A stretch of 64,000 bases of DNA from NCBI RefSeq assembly GCF_030684315.1, contig NC_081396.1:3286001-3350000 (forward strand), read 5' to 3'. This document shows, one piece after another, positions 60,578 to 64,000 of the stretch. The number at the start of each line of letters is the position of its first letter. Position 1 is the stretch's first letter. Below the pieces are notes generated by a model. It did not search any database and was not told the DNA's origin. It saw only the letters and a list, made by a program, of their open reading frames with translations. The position numbers and the translations under genes are program-made. This DNA is from Stegostoma tigrinum. Taxonomy: Eukaryota.

Positions 60578-60692
60578 TTTATATGCTCATCAGAGGGGGC
60601 AGATTTTGAGGCTCCGCCTGTTGGCAGGAGGCTGTGACCAGATCTTCTTACCACCTCCCGCAGCCCTTACAGATGGGCTGATATATTTACAT
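60578..60692 (-). promoter_or_regulatory. VH promoter: TATA box plus upstream E-box and variant octamer
   Basis: TATAAA at 60583-60578 (~90 nt upstream of ATG); E-box CAGATG at 60670-75; ATGTAAAT (one mismatch to the octamer) at 60692-60685. Confidence 0.6.
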
Positions 60693-62229
60693 GAGTTTAA
60701 GCATGGGCATCGTTCCGTCTTGCGGTATTTGTTTTGCTGTAAATCTTGTTTGGGCATATTTTTAGCGATGAAAGTAATATTTAACAGCTACAGTTCTGGT
60801 TCAGATGACAACTTTTCTTATTTTATTTCAGGCAGTAAAATTTCCAATTGGAAATTAAATCCCTTTATATCTTGAAATTCATTGACAAGCAGATAATTCT
60901 GTTAAAAATATGAAAAATATTACCAGCTAATAAAATTGCTGACATTTTCGTATACACTCCAGATCACTGTTACACAACAAAACAGCATATAATTCAGAAG
61001 AGGTGTTTCTGAATTCAAGTTTGACAACTTAATGTGGATCATGTCCACAATGATTATGTTTAGAATATTTTGTATGTGATGAAAAAGTTTACACTCAGAG
61101 ATGAGATAAAGTTCCTTTCCTTGCAGAACATCTCTCCTTTAATCTTCTTCAAATTGGTCCAGTCGAACATAATCGTTTGAAAATGCACAGCCAAGGAAAA
61201 CTGCATTACTGATAAATAAACAGTGAGTTTTCCGTCAACCATTACCCTCAGATTGACTTTTGAAAGGTAGTCCAATGAATCAAAACAGACCAGTCGATAA
61301 ATTAAGAAAAAAATCGCTGCAGCATCCAAATAACTGCTGGCAACTGTGTGTGCACATCTGGACCGTATAGTCAGTTAGAGAGTATACAATCATTGAAACT
61401 GATGCAGGTCATAAACAGGTCATTGGAAGCTATGAGGGGTCCTGTTGAATAATAGTCATCAGCAAAAAGTAAGTGTTACATTGCATCAGCGTCAGACATT
61501 TGTAAAAGGCACACTCAACTGAAAAGTTCAGGGAATGGTACAACAAGGCATCCGAGCTCGAACAAACTAAATTTTCAAAATGTACTTTGAGATGATAACG
61601 AATATCACTGCAAAGCAAGTTTAGATCCATTGATTTCACATTAGAGAGCTTTCAAATAGTTAATAAACAGCTTAACAACATCGAACGACCTTTGTTTGGA
61701 TGGAATAAAAAAAAATACTGGCGTACAGTAAATTTCCAGTTTTCTCATAGCCACCCAGGGAATGTTGTATTCAATGACCTTTTTCAAAGAAGACATGCTG
61801 AGTGACATAGATCGTTTTGTGCAAATGGCAAATTATAATGTGTTTAGTGATGTTTTATCTGAGTTGATTAATATGGCTTTAATTTGCAAAGCACAATATC
61901 TGGCAGAAATTGGGCCGACTGCAGAAAAAGATCCTGGATTTCAAAGCATCATTTAATAGAAGAATCTGCAGTTTCTGGAGAAAATCTGAGATTTTTCTTT
62001 TCGTTACTGTTGACTGCTTGGTTAAAAACCAGTTTCAAAACGCGCCCAGCAACTCGGCATAAACAAATAAACCAAGCACTAGCGCAGGAGAAAAGTTTAT
62101 TTTTCGATTGTGTCACTTTCTTGTGTCAGGAAATATTTGAACATTCTCAGACACTACGGCAAGATGCACTATCTCGTGGAGGAACGCTTCAGTACATCAT
62201 GATTTTAAGATAGGCTCCTGGATCGGAAG

Positions 62230-62700
62230 AAATTTGAAAAAAAATACCTTTTCCTCCCACCTTTAAAATAATCCCAAACCATGTAATTTGCCTATCCCAG
62301 GGAAAAGACACGTGTCATTAATCTTATCTGTATCCCTCACGAATTTATGAACATTTATAAAGACACCATTTCACCTCCTAAGCTCTCACAGAAGAAGTCT
62401 CATTTCATCCAGACTCTCCTTACAACTAAAGCCCTCGAATCCAAGCAAATTCCTGGAAAATATTTTCTCAACTCTCTCCACTAAATGATATATTTTCTAT
62501 AACAATGAGACCACAACTGGAGACATTAGCCCAGAAGAGGCCTCGAGAATGTCCTGTACAACCTCCACATGACTTCCCAGCTCCTCTGCTCAAAACGACT
62601 GAACAATGAAGGCAAGCCTGCTACATGGCTTATTAATCATTCTCTGATGCAAACGTCAATGAACTATGATCCTTAACCACTATTCTCTCTGTTTGATTGA
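62230..62700 (-). mobile_element. Degenerate CR1 3' fragment upstream of VH
   Basis: Reverse complement of the CR1 ORF2 C-terminal segment (gtcctgtacaacc...atgacttccca...aatgaaggcaagc). Confidence 0.7.
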
Positions 62701-64000
62701 ACTCCATCTGCACTCTTCAACTCATTGGTCTTTTTGATCAAGGTCTCTTTGAAATCTTAAATAACGTACTTCAAGTTCCATTAAATCAGCAATTTTGACC
62801 AGTCCAAAAGGAACCCTCCACCATCACTCTCTGTCACTTGCCGTTTAGTCATTTGTGCATCCAAATGGTAAGTTCACCATGAATACCATGTGATCGAGAT
62901 GGAATAATAGAAATAGAGACTGACAAAAAAAACAATGAATGGATGCACGAACGACTCGACGGAATGACTTATGAATTTCTTGTTTTATCTGAAATTGACA
63001 CGGCCTTCGTAATTCTAAATTTTGTTTGCCAGCTTCTTTACTCGAGGCAGGACAATTACTTTTAAAATGTGTCAGCCTATTACCTTCTGTTCTTCCCCAA
63101 TCCCCTTAAAATTAAAATACCACAAGTGTCCTGAAATGACAAAATGAATTTCAGCAATAGCAGCTTGCATATCCACCTACAATGCTCAAGATTGTTCTCT
63201 GCTGAATGTAAATCTCCATCTCAAAGATACAAAACGGGCACACGCCGAGATTCAGACGAATCCTTTCACTATTTCAAATATGTGGCTCTGTTACAGTACA
63301 ATCAACATATCTTCACCAAATTTAATTCAATCACATCAAAAGTAGATGCTTATTACTCTTGTGTTTTGTTACTGTGATATGCGAGCAATTCAATTGCCCC
63401 TTTTCATGCAGTTGCCCCTCTGTTTTGAGATTTGATGAGCATTTTGAGACTGACTTGTTGATGGGGAAAGCCTCCAACAATGCATCAACATGAGAATATT
63501 GGCGAATAACCTGCTGGGCAGATTTCTGTTTTGTTTTCATTGAAAACAGAAGATCTTTTTAAAGTGTTTCATAGTAAAGAAAAATAAACAATTATTATTG
63601 ATCAGTAATTTCTGAAGTGATTTCGGAAATAGCTGAAAAATTGATCAATACTGAGCGGTCCTCCTCACTTTCAGAGGCTTTCTCCCATAAACTAAGATTG
63701 TCAAATCAATTTGTGTGCAGTTTCAATTTGCCTTCAAAAAACAACGAATAGCAATAACTGTTTCAGCTTCAACGAACAGAAGGAGGGAAATATGAGTAAA
63801 ATCACAATTCCAGCCCATGATTATTTCACAGACCACCATATTAGAAAGCAATTGACGTTCCTTAAAATGTTCACAATTCTGAAGTATCAATACGAAATTA
63901 GTTTTTCCTTCATCATGCACCATTTCAGTGCATTCAGTGTTCCACAATTTCTATTTTATAAAACCATTGGTTCCTGGTAACTGATTGATGTCTCCCGTTT

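Larger units (their letters stand above)
37579..60583 (-). other. IGHM: Complete germline (unrearranged) cartilaginous-fish IgM heavy-chain cluster: L-VH-D1-D2-JH-Cmu1-Cmu2-Cmu3-Cmu4/sec-TM1-TM2
   Basis: All segments were located individually with GT/AG boundaries. Phase-1 junctions join L-V, J-C1, C1-C2, C2-C3, C3-C4 and C4-TM1; TM1-TM2 is phase 0. V-D1, D1-D2 and D2-J gaps are 438, 376 and 394 bp. One V, two D and one J per C is the established shark cluster layout. Confidence 0.97.

Overview
Eukaryotic, repeat-rich genomic DNA from a cartilaginous fish (inferred from the Ig sequences and the HE1-SINE/CR1/Penelope repeats; probably a carpet or bamboo shark). The main feature is one complete, unrearranged shark-type IgM heavy-chain cluster on the minus strand (~37.6-60.6 kb): leader, VH (23-RSS), 12-D1-22, 12-D2-12, 23-JH, Cmu1-4 with secretory tailpiece, TM1 and TM2. 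All splice phases and reading frames that I traced are intact. There is a 159-N gap in the 10.6 kb J-C intron. The 37 kb downstream is mostly CR1/LINE, SINE and Penelope-like debris. It also holds (i) a phase-compatible set of four plus-strand exons (600-4886) that may be the 3' end of a convergent single-pass receptor with a transmembrane lysine and a C-terminal -VTSL PDZ-type motif, and (ii) an old ~10-11 kb-offset duplication whose non-coding cores carry octamer motifs (candidate 3' enhancer). Penelope-like insertions show inverted-repeat structure, 13-15 bp TSDs and minimal hammerhead-ribozyme motifs, several on the sense strand of IgM introns. No prokaryotic features, CRISPR arrays, rRNA or true tRNA genes were seen.
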